Positions 36,564 through 46,864 are shown, counted from the stretch's first letter. The stretch is DNA of 64,000 bases from a bacterium (GCA_030427445.1 JAUIBQ010000002.1:101-64100); one strand, 5' to 3'. Program-made: numbers and translations. The notes: a model not told the origin generated them from the letters alone.

Positions 36564-38207
36564 ATGGCAAAAAAGGTTTTCTATGACGAAGATGCACGAC
36601 GGAGAGTATTAGGCGGAGCATCGATTTTGTATAACGCGGTCAAGACAACCATGGGACCGAAAGGTCGCAATGTTGTTATCGGCAAAGGGTACGGCGGACC
36701 TAGCGTTACGCACGACGGTGTGACAGTAGCTAAGGGAGTCGATATTGCAGACGTCGACGACGAGACACTGGGATATAGCGTTGGAGCGGAGCTTATTAAA
36801 GAAGCTGCGAACAAGATGAATGATGTCGCCGGTGATGGAACAACTACCGTGACTGTGCTCACGTATCACATCCTAAATGAAGCAAACAAACTCATCGCTG
36901 CGGGCCATAACCCGATGGCATTGCGACGAGGACTTGATAAAGCAGCAGAGGAAGTATTGAGTCAATTAGACGGTATGAGCGAGGACATTTCTGGTAAAAA
37001 AGCGAAGATTGCCGAAGTGGCTACAATCTCAGCAGGCGACAAAGAAATCGGTGCGTTGATCGCTGACGTGATGGATAAAGTTGGTAAAGATGGAGTCGTT
37101 ACAGTTGAAGAAGGTCGTAGCCTTGAAGTTGAACAAGAAGTTGTTGAAGGGTTTACGTTCGACAAAGGCTTCGTTAGCCCGTATATGGTGAGCGACGCTG
37201 AGCGACTTGAAGCAGTAGTTAATAAACCTGCAATCGTCATCACTGATAAAAAAATCAGTTCTATCTCAGAGATTCAGCCAACACTTGAGCTCCTCGCAGC
37301 CTCTGGTAAAAAAGATCTTGTGCTGATCGCCGAAGACGTCGAAGGTGAAGCACTTACGATGCTTGTACTCAACAAACTCAAAGGCGTTTTTAACACTGTA
37401 GCGGTTAAGGCACCGAGCTTCGGTGACAGAAGGAAAGAAGTCTTGAGTGATATTGCAGCGCTCACTGGTGGAGCAGTTATCAGTGAAGAGCAGGGAGATA
37501 GCCTCGAGAATATAACGGTGGAGCACATTGGTAGCGCAAGGAAAGTAATTGTCTCAAAAGATGAAACTACTATCGTCGAAGGCGACGGCAGTGAAAGTGC
37601 TATTAAGAAACGGATTAGCGCGATGAATACTCAGATCGCCTCAACTACAAGCGCTTACGACAAAGGTGAGCTTGAGAAGCGACGAGCTGCTTTGCAAGGT
37701 AAAGTTGCTGTCATCAAAGTAGGTGGCGCATCAGAGACTGAAATTGAGGAAAAGAAATACCGGGTTGATGACGCGGTTGCAGCCGTAAAAGCAGCTCTCA
37801 GTGAAGGTGTCGTGCCAGGTGGTGGTGTGACACTCGTAAACCTCGCAAGCACAATCTCCACACTTGCGGAGGCAACTGAGGATGCGGGCGCGCAACTATT
37901 AGCACGAGCGCTCGAAAAACCTTTCAGGACACTGCTTGAAAACTCAGGACTTAACGCCGATGAATGGCTACCGAAAGTTAAATCAGCGAAAGCTGGGCAA
38001 GGGGTTGACGTCAATAACCCTGACAAGCTTGTTGACCTTAAGAAGGCTGGTGTTATCGACCCAGTATTGGTCACGAGACAAGCCGTCCAGTACGCGACAT
38101 CCATCGCTGGTACAAGCATGACGATGGGAGCACTTGTCGTCGATGTACCAGAGAAAGAAACCTCAGCCCCAGCCAGCCCAGGCATGGGTGGCATGGGTAT
38201 GATGTAA
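36564..38207 (+). CDS. groEL: chaperonin GroEL
   Basis: [39 protein letters not shown] tail. Confidence 0.97.
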   Translation: MAKKVFYDEDARRRVLGGASILYNAVKTTMGPKGRNVVIGKGYGGPSVTHDGVTVAKGVDIADVDDETLGYSVGAELIKEAANKMNDVAGDGTTTVTVLTYHILNEANKLIAAGHNPMALRRGLDKAAEEVLSQLDGMSEDISGKKAKIAEVATISAGDKEIGALIADVMDKVGKDGVVTVEEGRSLEVEQEVVEGFTFDKGFVSPYMVSDAERLEAVVNKPAIVITDKKISSISEIQPTLELLAASGKKDLVLIAEDVEGEALTMLVLNKLKGVFNTVAVKAPSFGDRRKEVLSDIAALTGGAVISEEQGDSLENITVEHIGSARKVIVSKDETTIVEGDGSESAIKKRISAMNTQIASTTSAYDKGELEKRRAALQGKVAVIKVGGASETEIEEKKYRVDDAVAAVKAALSEGVVPGGGVTLVNLASTISTLAEATEDAGAQLLARALEKPFRTLLENSGLNADEWLPKVKSAKAGQGVDVNNPDKLVDLKKAGVIDPVLVTRQAVQYATSIAGTSMTMGALVVDVPEKETSAPASPGMGGMGMM

Positions 38208-38219
38208 AGCGCTTCGCTA

Positions 38220-38298
38220 ACGAGACAAAACCCTGATGGTTTTTTCTCGTCGTGCAGGGTCGCAGAGTAAATCTGCAGACTCTGGCTGCTCTTTTTCC
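38220..38298 (+). repeat. two-hairpin element, copy C, after groEL
   Basis: ACGAGA..TCTCGT-CG-TG-CAGGGTC..GACTCTG-GCTGCTCT-TTTT. Confidence 0.7.
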
Positions 38299-38423
38299 TT
38301 CCGGTATAAGTAGTAAGTGTGTTTATTTATAGATAAAACTCTTGATTTTTTGTCGTTTTTGTAGTATTATATAAGTATAATACAAATATTGTGTTGATAA
38401 CAGAGGTGGGCAGGAGAGAGACT

Positions 38424-38957
38424 ATGGCGTTATTCAAACGTAAAAATAACCCGACAATCTCAGAAATCGAGAGCTACTACGAACAACAAAACCGTCGTTC
38501 TACTTCTACAGGACGTGCGTGGGTGATGGCTATTTTAGCTATTATCTTAACCGTTGTTGTCTTAGCGCTACTTTTCTTCGGTGGACGATGGTTGTATAAC
38601 TCAATTGTCGACAACGACTCTGCAGAGACGACACAACAAGATGTAAACTCTGGAACCGTGAATATTGATGGGTTCGATGGAGAAAATTCTACACAGAGCA
38701 ACTCAGGCAACGAACTGAGTGAGGGTGCAGAAAACGAAGGTACCGTAAGTGACTCTGCTGCATCTACAAACGAATCAAATGTTGATCGTATCGCTGGCTC
38801 AAACACGAACGAGAACGATGACGAGGAAACTAGCTCATCTGTCGCAGGATCTGCAACAAATATTCCGAACACTGGGGCTGGCGAAACTGCACTTATCGTT
38901 TCACTCGCTGCCGGCGTGATTGCAACAATCGCTTCATACCGAAGAAAACTAAACTAA
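38424..38957 (+). CDS. surface protein with LPXTG-like (IPNTG) sorting signal
   Basis: N-terminal TM helix, S/N/E-rich linker, IPNTG + hydrophobic helix + RRK tail. Confidence 0.75.
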   Translation: MALFKRKNNPTISEIESYYEQQNRRSTSTGRAWVMAILAIILTVVVLALLFFGGRWLYNSIVDNDSAETTQQDVNSGTVNIDGFDGENSTQSNSGNELSEGAENEGTVSDSAASTNESNVDRIAGSNTNENDDEETSSSVAGSATNIPNTGAGETALIVSLAAGVIATIASYRRKLN

Positions 38958-39137
38958 TTAGACAGTTTTTAATTTTTTTACTAGAACAATAAAAAAATTA
39001 AGGGAGCTACGGTGAGTGCTTGTTTTTGGTGTTCTTCACGGGCATCGCAAGCGAACTGTATGCACATACAGAGAAGCGCGAAGCACAGTGAAAACATCGA
39101 AAATAGGCCTCAAGAAAACCGGAGCCGCTAGCTCTGG

Positions 39138-40013
39138 CTAGCTGGCAGGGTTTTCGTCCGTAGTTCCCTGAGAGAAGTAGTTGATTTCGTTTATGATATC
39201 CAACATCGCTTGAGCACGTAACTTATCATCTGCAATCAACTTCGCTGCCTCAAAAGCTTTATCAAGTAGTGTATGATTATCATTCGCTTGAATCATCATC
39301 ATAGTTGTCTTGAAAGTTTCCTCAGGTGAGTGCTCTAAGTGATCCACAAGCGGGTCCAGATGCTCAATTGCTTGTTGCTTCATAGCCTGAAGTTTGGCTG
39401 CGTCAATTGGAGCGCTGAGTGGCGCTTGTACTGACCCAGTACTAGCCTCCGTAACTTCAGATTCACTATCAGTGCTTGGCGGGGTTTGTGATTCTTGGTC
39501 TTGAAGCTCTTCAGATTCATTGCTCGATTCACTATGGTCATTTTGTCCAGTAACAACTTCCTGGCTTTTTGAGCTTTCATCAGTAATTTCTGTCGCCTGT
39601 TCTGGTGCGACTTGCTCAGTTGTGGGCTCGGTACTCTCAGGTGCAACAATCTCTTCGTCGGCTACTGTTTGATCAGTATCAGTTTGAGTTTGTGGATCAG
39701 GAAATGTAAATGAGCTAGGTGCTTCTGTCGTTGCTTGATCTTGAACTCCTTGCTGCTCTACCGATGGAGCAACGCCCTCCTGTGTGCTCGTTTCATCTAC
39801 AGGCTGACTTGCTGCTACTTGTGCATCTTGCTGCACGTCATCAGATGAAGCTGGGAATCCAGAGCGAGCTGTAGTGTCGTCTGACTGCTGAGACGCTGCA
39901 GGTATATTTTGCTGTGACGATGCACTACCAAGGTCAGTCGCTAGTTGTGACACGTTCTTTAGCATCACCTGGTCGTCTTGATTATCTTGTTTGTTGTTTG
40001 AAAGGCCAAACAT
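39138..40013 (-). CDS. hypothetical protein, low-complexity N-terminus, helical C-terminal domain
   Basis: Q/S/T/E-rich region then L.PLV..L...PEE.F...MM.IQA...INEINYF. Confidence 0.7.
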   Translation of the reverse strand: MFGLSNNKQDNQDDQVMLKNVSQLATDLGSASSQQNIPAASQQSDDTTARSGFPASSDDVQQDAQVAASQPVDETSTQEGVAPSVEQQGVQDQATTEAPSSFTFPDPQTQTDTDQTVADEEIVAPESTEPTTEQVAPEQATEITDESSKSQEVVTGQNDHSESSNESEELQDQESQTPPSTDSESEVTEASTGSVQAPLSAPIDAAKLQAMKQQAIEHLDPLVDHLEHSPEETFKTTMMMIQANDNHTLLDKAFEAAKLIADDKLRAQAMLDIINEINYFSQGTTDENPAS

Positions 40014-40119
40014 GCCACCCCCTGAATTTTATTGGACTTTTTTCGCTTATGCTCCATATTCTAGCGTGTTTTACACTAATATACTAGAGAAAATGATAGA
40101 GTAGAAGAAAGGGGATTTA

Positions 40120-41178
40120 TTGATGTCAAAAACATTATTAGATGATTTAGAATATATTCACACCAAAGATAGTTCAGATGCATTAGGTATAGCTCAACAC
40201 CAAACTGAACAACTCACACAGCCATTTGAGACAATCGCGTTATACGACACAAAGAAACCGTCAAAGATTGTATGGGCCGGAATGGGTGGTTCTGCGTTAG
40301 CTCCTTCACTCGTTCAATCCTGGCTATCTATCAACGTACCTTTTGAGATTACTAAAAATTACGAATTACCACACTACGTGTCTGAGGATACGTTGGTGAT
40401 TTGTACAAGCTATTCGGGAAACACCGAGGAAACGTTAAGCGCACTTGAAAATGCTAAGCAAAAAAATGCACAAATAATCATCATGTCTACGGGCGGTGCG
40501 TTGCAAAAAATAGCTGAGGAAGAAAATATTGTATTTATCGAAATCCAAAAAGTCGCACAACCTAGATTTTCTACTTTTAGCCAAATAGGAATTTTAGGAC
40601 TTATTTTGTCAAGATTAGGAGTAACTGATGTTGATGAAAAACTTGTACTAGATAGCCTACATGAAGTAAGTACCGGCCTTGAAGAAGTTATTAAAAATTG
40701 GGCCGCAGATGTACCGACCAGTGATAACCGAGCAAAGCAAATCGCGCTTGATATCGCTGGTACTTCTCCTGTTATCTATGGGGGCCCACTAATGTTTCCA
40801 GCAGCCTACAAATGGAAGATCAGTTTCAACGAAAATGCTAAAAACGTCTCGTGGTGCAATGTAATCCCTGAGTTTTCTCATAACGAGTTCTTAGGGTGGA
40901 CGTCACATCCTGTCGATAAGCCATACTCAGTGATCGATCTTCGTTCAACTTTTGAGCATCCACGAGTCCAAAAACGATTTGAAGTTACCGAGCGTCTGTT
41001 GTCAGGGAAGAGGCCTGCGCCTACTGTGATTGAGGCTCAAGGCGATTCTGTCCTTGAACATCTCCTTTACTGCGTAGCACTAGGTGATTTCGTCAGCATG
41101 TACACAGCGCTACTCAACGGCCTAGACCCAACGCCCGTTGACCTCATCGAGCGTATGAAAAAAGCACTTGATGAATAA
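40120..41178 (+). CDS. bifunctional phosphoglucose/phosphomannose isomerase
   Basis: GMGGSAL, SYSGNTEET, QPR, KWK...NENAK, PEFSHNE. Confidence 0.9.
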   Translation: MMSKTLLDDLEYIHTKDSSDALGIAQHQTEQLTQPFETIALYDTKKPSKIVWAGMGGSALAPSLVQSWLSINVPFEITKNYELPHYVSEDTLVICTSYSGNTEETLSALENAKQKNAQIIIMSTGGALQKIAEEENIVFIEIQKVAQPRFSTFSQIGILGLILSRLGVTDVDEKLVLDSLHEVSTGLEEVIKNWAADVPTSDNRAKQIALDIAGTSPVIYGGPLMFPAAYKWKISFNENAKNVSWCNVIPEFSHNEFLGWTSHPVDKPYSVIDLRSTFEHPRVQKRFEVTERLLSGKRPAPTVIEAQGDSVLEHLLYCVALGDFVSMYTALLNGLDPTPVDLIERMKKALDE

Positions 41179-41218
41179 TTACTGAAAGCGCACTTGATTA
41201 GTTGCTTAATCCTAACTC

Positions 41219-41596
41219 TTACGTGCGTTTAGATAATCGGGCATATACACCTGATATTGTTAGAAGTACTGTATACACAGCTACGCTAACTACCGAAACA
41301 TTAGCTACTGCTAGCATGTAGCTTGTCCTCTCTGATGCTGTGACAAATGTGCCACTTTTTGCGTCTGATGTGTACTGATACGTAGTAGTTATAAATTCAA
41401 ACGGAGTACCGTTTGTCTCTTTTTGTACAAACACACAATCGCTAGGGTCAACAACGGCTCCGTCTTCTTGATAACAAACTTCTACTGGTGACTCGTCAAA
41501 ATAATAGACTCGCGTAATGAATATCGAGCTCCAATAAGTAAACAAGAAGCCAGCAACAAGTGACGCGAGCAATAGCCATTTGTTAATGTATTTCAT
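41219..41596 (-). CDS. hypothetical two-TM membrane protein
   Basis: Hydrophobic N- and C-terminal helices; AAGGAG upstream. Confidence 0.6.
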   Translation of the reverse strand: MKYINKWLLLASLVAGFLFTYWSSIFITRVYYFDESPVEVCYQEDGAVVDPSDCVFVQKETNGTPFEFITTTYQYTSDAKSGTFVTASERTSYMLAVANVSVVSVAVYTVLLTISGVYARLSKRT

Positions 41597-41618
41597 ATCT
41601 GTATTTATACTCCTTTTT

Positions 41619-41744
41619 CTAGAACTGTTCTACGAAATTATTTTCATATTGAGCATTGGTCCAAAGAATAAACCCAACAGCAAGGGTAATAATGATGAGC
41701 AGAAGTACTGTTCTGTGCCATTCTTTGAGCTTAAAAGATTTCAT
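41619..41744 (-). CDS. small single-TM protein (41 aa)
   Basis: MKSFKLKEWHRTVLLLIIITLAVGFILWTNAQYENNFVEQF; abuts the sortase stop, AAGGAG upstream. Confidence 0.45.
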   Translation of the reverse strand: MKSFKLKEWHRTVLLLIIITLAVGFILWTNAQYENNFVEQF

Positions 41745-42338
41745 TTATTGCACTCCTTCGATCAGTTTTGCTGTCACTACTAACCTGTCTCTTGCCGTCC
41801 AGAGTGGATGACAAGTATACAATGTCAGCGTTGGCTCAATGGTTTGGTTTTCGATTTCTGTAGCCGTTGCTGCGACAACTTTTACGGATTCAACTTCATA
41901 GATATATTCTTTCTCATCCCAATACACTCCGATGTGTTGTCTAGGCTCAACTTTATCTAAATTGTAGAACGTTGACGCTGAAGAAGCGTAATAACGATGA
42001 GCGACTATAACAGTATTTCCGCCTTTATCGGGTGTTGATGTCTGTGGACGTCGCCATGAAGCACCGGATGCAATAACGCCAATGTCCGAACCCTCTTTAA
42101 TTTCCTCGTTTAAAGACAGTTCTGGGATTACGATGCGGTTTTCCTTAGGTAGTGGCCTGGGATCAGAGTTATTATTTTCTTCTGCTAGCGCTCCCGCGTA
42201 GGGTGCTATAGCAGCAGGGGAGGTATCGCGTAACCAGTACAAAAACTGTGGGATAAACGGGCTCAGGGCAATATATAATCCCAGCAAAACAGCGACAACT
42301 GATAGTCCATGGTTTACATGACGTAAGCGTAGAGTCAT
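41745..42338 (-). CDS. sortase
   Basis: N-terminal TM, GNTVIVAH, LTLYTC, RLVV (His-Cys-Arg triad). Confidence 0.88.
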   Translation of the reverse strand: MTLRLRHVNHGLSVVAVLLGLYIALSPFIPQFLYWLRDTSPAAIAPYAGALAEENNNSDPRPLPKENRIVIPELSLNEEIKEGSDIGVIASGASWRRPQTSTPDKGGNTVIVAHRYYASSASTFYNLDKVEPRQHIGVYWDEKEYIYEVESVKVVAATATEIENQTIEPTLTLYTCHPLWTARDRLVVTAKLIEGVQ

Positions 42339-42365
42339 ATACTCATGAGTATAGCTCTGTTTATT

Positions 42366-43580
42366 CTAGACGTCACGTCGAAGCGCCGTAATTGGGTCTT
42401 TTCTTGCTGCTTTCACGGCCGGAAGCAGACCAGACACAACCCCTGTCGCAACAGATATCGTACACGCAGCAACAGCAATCTCAACAGTTACAACAGGCTG
42501 AAGGTCAGTTGTTATACGGATCAGAGCATTCGCAGCGAAAGATACGATGATACCCAACAGGGCACCAAGTACACTTAGCACCATTGCCTCGACCAAAAAC
42601 TGACCGAGTATCTGAGTGTTAGTTGCGCCAATCGCTTTTCTAATTCCGATTTCTCGAGTACGCTCGCTAACCGTCGCAAACATGATATTCATAATTCCGA
42701 TGCCGCCAACGATAAATGAAATAAATGCGACGCCAGCTGTAAAGACAGTAAGTTGATAAAATACTTCATTCGTAGACTGTAAAGCTTCTTCTTCAGTAAG
42801 TACAGAGAAGTCTACTTGACCAGCGTGGTTTGCTTTAATTTTGTTAAAAACGTCACCAGCGACCTTGTTCACATCACTGCCTTCGTCTGCTTGTAAAAAC
42901 ACCTGCACAACTTGGATTGTACTGCCATTTGCTTGAGCAGCTTCATGAGGCAAGACAATACTATTGTTAACATTTACTGCTGAGAAAGTGCCTGACTCTT
43001 GTAGTTCAAACACACCATTCACACGGTATTCAACGCCACGAATAGTAAATGGTCGGCCAACTGGGTTGTTTTCTTCGAACAGCGATTCAGCGACATCGCG
43101 ACCTATCACAGCGTATTTTTGCTTACTATTATCATCGTTAAAAAAGGCGCCAAACTCAACGTTTTGCGAAAACATTTCAGGAAAATCAGCTGTAGTCGCA
43201 ATAATATTACCGCTGTACTCCTTATCCTCATATGTTGCAACTCCGCTAATAACCCCTACTGGAACGACCGACGATACGCCTTCAATCCTCCCAATGTCCT
43301 GCCAATCCTTGTTGCTAATGCTGCCACTACGACTAAGTGCTGTAAAAGCGTCTAAACTAATAAGTCTTTGATCGGTCTGTTTACCTGGTTTCACGACGAT
43401 AAGTTGTTCTTGGGACTCTCCACCGATTTGCGTAGAAATCTGCTGCCTCACACCTTCACCTAAACTTACAATAGTCACTACGGAGCTGACACCTACGATA
43501 ATCCCGAACATCGTCAGTAGACTTCGGAATCGTGCTCGTCTGACCGACGCGACGGCCATCTTGAAATACTCTAACGTCAT
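42366..43580 (-). CDS. ABC transporter permease (MacB/FtsX-like)
   Basis: RSLLTM.GI..GV, VGGIGIMNIM..VSERTREIGIRKAIGA, PA.KAA..DPI.ALR. Confidence 0.9.
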   Translation of the reverse strand: MTLEYFKMAVASVRRARFRSLLTMFGIIVGVSSVVTIVSLGEGVRQQISTQIGGESQEQLIVVKPGKQTDQRLISLDAFTALSRSGSISNKDWQDIGRIEGVSSVVPVGVISGVATYEDKEYSGNIIATTADFPEMFSQNVEFGAFFNDDNSKQKYAVIGRDVAESLFEENNPVGRPFTIRGVEYRVNGVFELQESGTFSAVNVNNSIVLPHEAAQANGSTIQVVQVFLQADEGSDVNKVAGDVFNKIKANHAGQVDFSVLTEEEALQSTNEVFYQLTVFTAGVAFISFIVGGIGIMNIMFATVSERTREIGIRKAIGATNTQILGQFLVEAMVLSVLGALLGIIVSFAANALIRITTDLQPVVTVEIAVAACTISVATGVVSGLLPAVKAARKDPITALRRDV

Positions 43581-44449
43581 TTCTTTTTCTTGCCTCGTTT
43601 TTTCTTTGATTTCTTCGGCTTAGATTTTTCTGCTGGGGTAGACCCTCCTAGGTGTTTTTCAGGCATCATTTCCATCATTGCACTGACATTTGCGAGCTTT
43701 TCATCATCATCTGACTTTCGAAGGGCTTCGACAGCGCGCTGCACACGTGCTGGGATTTCTCCAACAGCACTAGCCTCATCGTACACAACAGCTCCATCAA
43801 GCATATAGATAATTCTATCCGCATAACGGGTGAGGGAAGGGTTATGTGTCACCATTAAAACAGTATTTCCCATCTTATGTATCTCGCTTAAGAGCTCCAT
43901 CACAACACGTGCAGACACACTATCTAAGTTTCCTGTCGGTTCGTCTGCGATAATAATGCTCGGGCTATTTACAAGTGCACGAGCAATTGCTGCACGCTGC
44001 AACTGACCCCCTGAGAGCTGAGCAGGGTAGTACGAATCACGATCGCGCAGCCCTACTTGTTCTAGCATCTGAGCTGCTAGCTTAAGTCGCTTCGCTTGTC
44101 TAACACCTTTGTACGAAAGTGGGGCAGCGACATTTTCTAGCACTGTTAGGTTCGGGAGTAGGTTGAATGACTGAAAGATGAATCCGATATTTTCTCTACG
44201 TTGACGAGCTCGACGGTATTCAGAAAAACGAGCAACTTTTCGACCGTTAATCTTATAGTCTCCACTGGTTGGTCGATCTAAAAGCCCAATCATATTCATG
44301 AGCGTTGTCTTACCAGAACCGCTTGGTCCCATGACGGCTATAAATTCACCTTTCTTAATATTCAAGGTGACGTCGTCGAGTGCGACTGTTGTTGCATCGC
44401 CGAACCCATAGAGTTTGGATAATTCATTAATCTCTATGATAAAACTCAT
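43577..44449 (-). CDS. ABC transporter ATP-binding protein (MacB/LolD-like)
   Basis: GPSGSGKT, LSGGQLQR, ADEPTGNLD, VTH. Confidence 0.92.
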   Translation of the reverse strand: MSFIIEINELSKLYGFGDATTVALDDVTLNIKKGEFIAVMGPSGSGKTTLMNMIGLLDRPTSGDYKINGRKVARFSEYRRARQRRENIGFIFQSFNLLPNLTVLENVAAPLSYKGVRQAKRLKLAAQMLEQVGLRDRDSYYPAQLSGGQLQRAAIARALVNSPSIIIADEPTGNLDSVSARVVMELLSEIHKMGNTVLMVTHNPSLTRYADRIIYMLDGAVVYDEASAVGEIPARVQRAVEALRKSDDDEKLANVSAMMEMMPEKHLGGSTPAEKSKPKKSKKKRGKKKK

Positions 44450-44622
44450 GCTAACACCTCCTTTTCAGCCTCAAGCCAAAACTGACGGCATCGTTGTGGA
44501 AGTTTTATCTTTCTCCATATCCCGTAGATATGGTTCAAGATAATAACTGCCATCCGTTGCACGCCATTTTGTCTTTCGCTTGACGAAAAAGAGATGTAGT
44601 ATGAGTTTTTCGGCATTTTCAT
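44446..44622 (-). CDS. possible small hypothetical protein (58 aa)
   Basis: MKMPKNSYYISF...EKEVLA with an ATGA overlap into the ABC ATPase gene. Confidence 0.3.
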   Translation of the reverse strand: MKMPKNSYYISFSSSERQNGVQRMAVIILNHIYGIWRKIKLPQRCRQFWLEAEKEVLA

Positions 44623-44795
44623 CTGTTATTGTACCCATTTTTACCATCATAATACAAGCACGAGCGTTACAACTATGAACAATTTTGCGAGAGGATTCGC
44701 AAAATTGAAAGGAAATGGCTTGATTAGCTTACTTAGTATGGCGAGAAACTTGTTTTGTCGCAATGCAAGTGAGACAATCTTTACACAATTGACGT

Positions 44796-45003
44796 GGAGA
44801 GGTGCAGGAGTGGTTGGAGAGTCAAGTTTTACTTGACCGCCTTAGCGAAGGTGGTACACACCACCACCGAGCGTCAGTGGCACGCCTGGAAAGTGAGGAC
44901 TGCCGGTGGCAGTACGCAAGGCCGGAGCACCGGCGAACATTAGTTCCCGATGCGAGGTGTGCCGACGGCTGATTTGAGCTTTAGCTCAAGTAAGACCGTG
45001 GGT
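44796..45003 (+). pseudogene. interrupted tRNA-Ser(GGA)-like remnant with hairpin inserts
   Basis: GGAGAGGTGCAGGAGTGGTT (44796-44815) and GCACGCCTGGAAAGTG (44880-44895, identical to the intact tRNA) separated and followed by hairpin arrays. Confidence 0.55.
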
Positions 45004-45027
45004 GTTGGCGTATAATCAGGTTGACGA

Positions 45028-45117
45028 GGAGAGGTGGCCGAGTGGCTTAAGGCGCACGCCTGGAAAGTGTGTTGAGCAGAAATGCTCTCCAGGGTTCAAA
45101 TCCCTGTCTCTCCGCCA
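45028..45117 (+). tRNA. tRNA-Ser(GGA)
   Basis: GGAGAGGTGGCCGAGTGG...CT-GGA-AA...GGTTCAAATCCCTGTCTCTCCGCCA. Confidence 0.95.
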
Positions 45118-45393
45118 GGAGAAGAGCGGTCAAGGTTTTATCCTTGGCCGTTTTTCTCTTCGTGAAAAAGGATTTAAATCATAGGTTCGACAGTTGTCAT
45201 AATCTACCGATTTTACAATTGGTAGCGCATGGTGGAGCTAGAGTAGCTCTACCATACAGCGTCAATCCCATCCCTTCCGCCAAATAAATATAACCGAGCT
45301 TGCCTCGGTTTGTTTTTAATTGATTAACAAATTGTGTTCGAACCCAAGGGTTCGTCTCGCCGAAGTTTACTTCGGCCATCTCTTTCTCCGCCA
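45118..45393 (+). mobile_element. two tandem mini units, each ending in a T-loop-interrupted tRNA-Ser 3' end
   Basis: GGTTCGA[74 bp]ATCCCATCCCTTCCGCCA (45184-45282) and GTTCGA[36 bp]ATCTCTTTCTCCGCCA (45336-45393); each unit starts with a terminator-like hairpin. Confidence 0.7.
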
Positions 45394-45395
45394 AA

Positions 45396-46124
45396 TTAAC
45401 TATTCCCAGCCGCAAACACTACCGCAGATACAGAATTTGCGCCGGCTTTCTTCAGCTCACGACTGCATGCAGATAACGTTGCACCGGTCGTTGCTATGTC
45501 ATCAATAAGCAATATTTTCACGCCGTTTAAGCTTTTAACTCTTCTCATTTTCACACCATTTTCCATCTGAGCAAATCTTTCTTTTCTACTTTTACCAACT
45601 TGTCGAGTATTTGTGGTGCGCTCAAGGAGTGCCTCGGTCGGCAAACCAATCAACTTAGAAAGTTCTTGCGCGATGGTACGTGTATGATCAAACCCGCGCT
45701 CACGTATATGCGGTCTGATGGTTGGAACTGGAACGATAAGGTTAATATCCTGCAATAAATAGGAGTTTTGAGCTAGCAGTAGAGCGAGGGCTTGCGCAAT
45801 CGAAGTAGCAGCCTCTCGCGACCCGTCTTTTTTCATTTTTAACACAAGCTGCTTATGTATTCCGTCATAAGGGCCGGCACTCAAAAGTGTCCGCAAATGA
45901 ATAACTTTTCTACAAGACGAACATGTGCGGTATTCATCCGATACACGTTGGCAGCGGAAGCAACGTGATGGAGGAGGGGATACCACTAATTCAACGCACT
46001 CGTTACATAAACAGGAGCCGAGTCGACCACATCCGAAACAAGCGTTTGGTGCAAGCAAGGACACGACGCTGTCGAGAGACCTGGCTTGTGTTGTTTTAAT
46101 TATGTTGTAGATATCACGGCGCAT
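45396..46124 (-). CDS. comF: ComF family competence protein
   Basis: CxxC zinc motifs, VPVP...RERGFD, ILLIDDIATTGATL. Confidence 0.88.
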   Translation of the reverse strand: MRRDIYNIIKTTQARSLDSVVSLLAPNACFGCGRLGSCLCNECVELVVSPPPSRCFRCQRVSDEYRTCSSCRKVIHLRTLLSAGPYDGIHKQLVLKMKKDGSREAATSIAQALALLLAQNSYLLQDINLIVPVPTIRPHIRERGFDHTRTIAQELSKLIGLPTEALLERTTNTRQVGKSRKERFAQMENGVKMRRVKSLNGVKILLIDDIATTGATLSACSRELKKAGANSVSAVVFAAGNS

Positions 46125-46264
46125 ACTTGATGGATAGCCTTAATAAGTTTATACTACTTATAACACAAAAAGGTGTTATATCGTCGCTGAGGTACCAAAA
46201 CTATATTGTGCCTCGGTGACGATCAAAAACTACCTGAGTCCTATAAGGAGGGAACCCTAGCGAT

Positions 46265-46759
46265 ATGGCGAGACGATCGCGGAACGATAACGATTTGCTC
46301 ATGGAAGATGAGCTAACTGCTGCATTTTTGGGAGAAGAAGCAGATCTAGATGTAGGTGTTATGGATGACGACCAACAGGTTGATGATTCAATGCCGGAAC
46401 AATCAGCAGATGAGTGGGAAGAAGACGACGCTGTTCCAGGACAGCTCGCAGTAGATGTGTACGAAACGAAAGAAAAGCTTGTCGTAAAGGCACGCACAGC
46501 TGGAGTTGACCGGAATGAACTTGATGTAAGCATAGCTGACAATACGCTAAGTATTCGTGGCACGCTTTCAGCGGGTGAAGAGAGCGGAGTAGAGAACTAC
46601 TTCGTACAAGAATGTTACTGGGGCGAGTTTAGCCGAAGCATCGCGCTTCCAGTGCCAGTCAAAGAAGATGAGATCGAAGCCGTGCTAAAAGACGGAGTTC
46701 TCACTATCTCATTCACAAAAGTGAAGCAAGACACAGTTAAGAAGATTCAAATTAACTAA
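46265..46759 (+). CDS. Hsp20/alpha-crystallin small heat-shock protein
   Basis: LAVDVYET, LSIRG, ECYWGEFSRSI.LP, A.LKDGVLTI. Confidence 0.9.
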   Translation: MARRSRNDNDLLMEDELTAAFLGEEADLDVGVMDDDQQVDDSMPEQSADEWEEDDAVPGQLAVDVYETKEKLVVKARTAGVDRNELDVSIADNTLSIRGTLSAGEESGVENYFVQECYWGEFSRSIALPVPVKEDEIEAVLKDGVLTISFTKVKQDTVKKIQIN

Positions 46760-46780
46760 TTGGCTGCCTAGTCAAAAACA

Positions 46781-46813
46781 ATAAACGACCCTACCAGAGG
46801 GTCGTTTTTATTT
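46781..46813 (+). terminator. intrinsic terminator after hsp20
   Basis: aaacgaccct-accag-agggtcgttt-tta. Confidence 0.7.
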
Positions 46814-46864
46814 GTCTGTAAATCAGTTTTAGCTATAGGAACAGGGGAGGTACTTTACTAAATT

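Noticed and set aside
36581-38194. Long antisense ORFs over groEL, and similar ones over rpoD, gdh, argS, valS, virB4 and the VirB6-like gene
   Set aside because: Shadow frames of well-supported genes, with no recognisable motifs.
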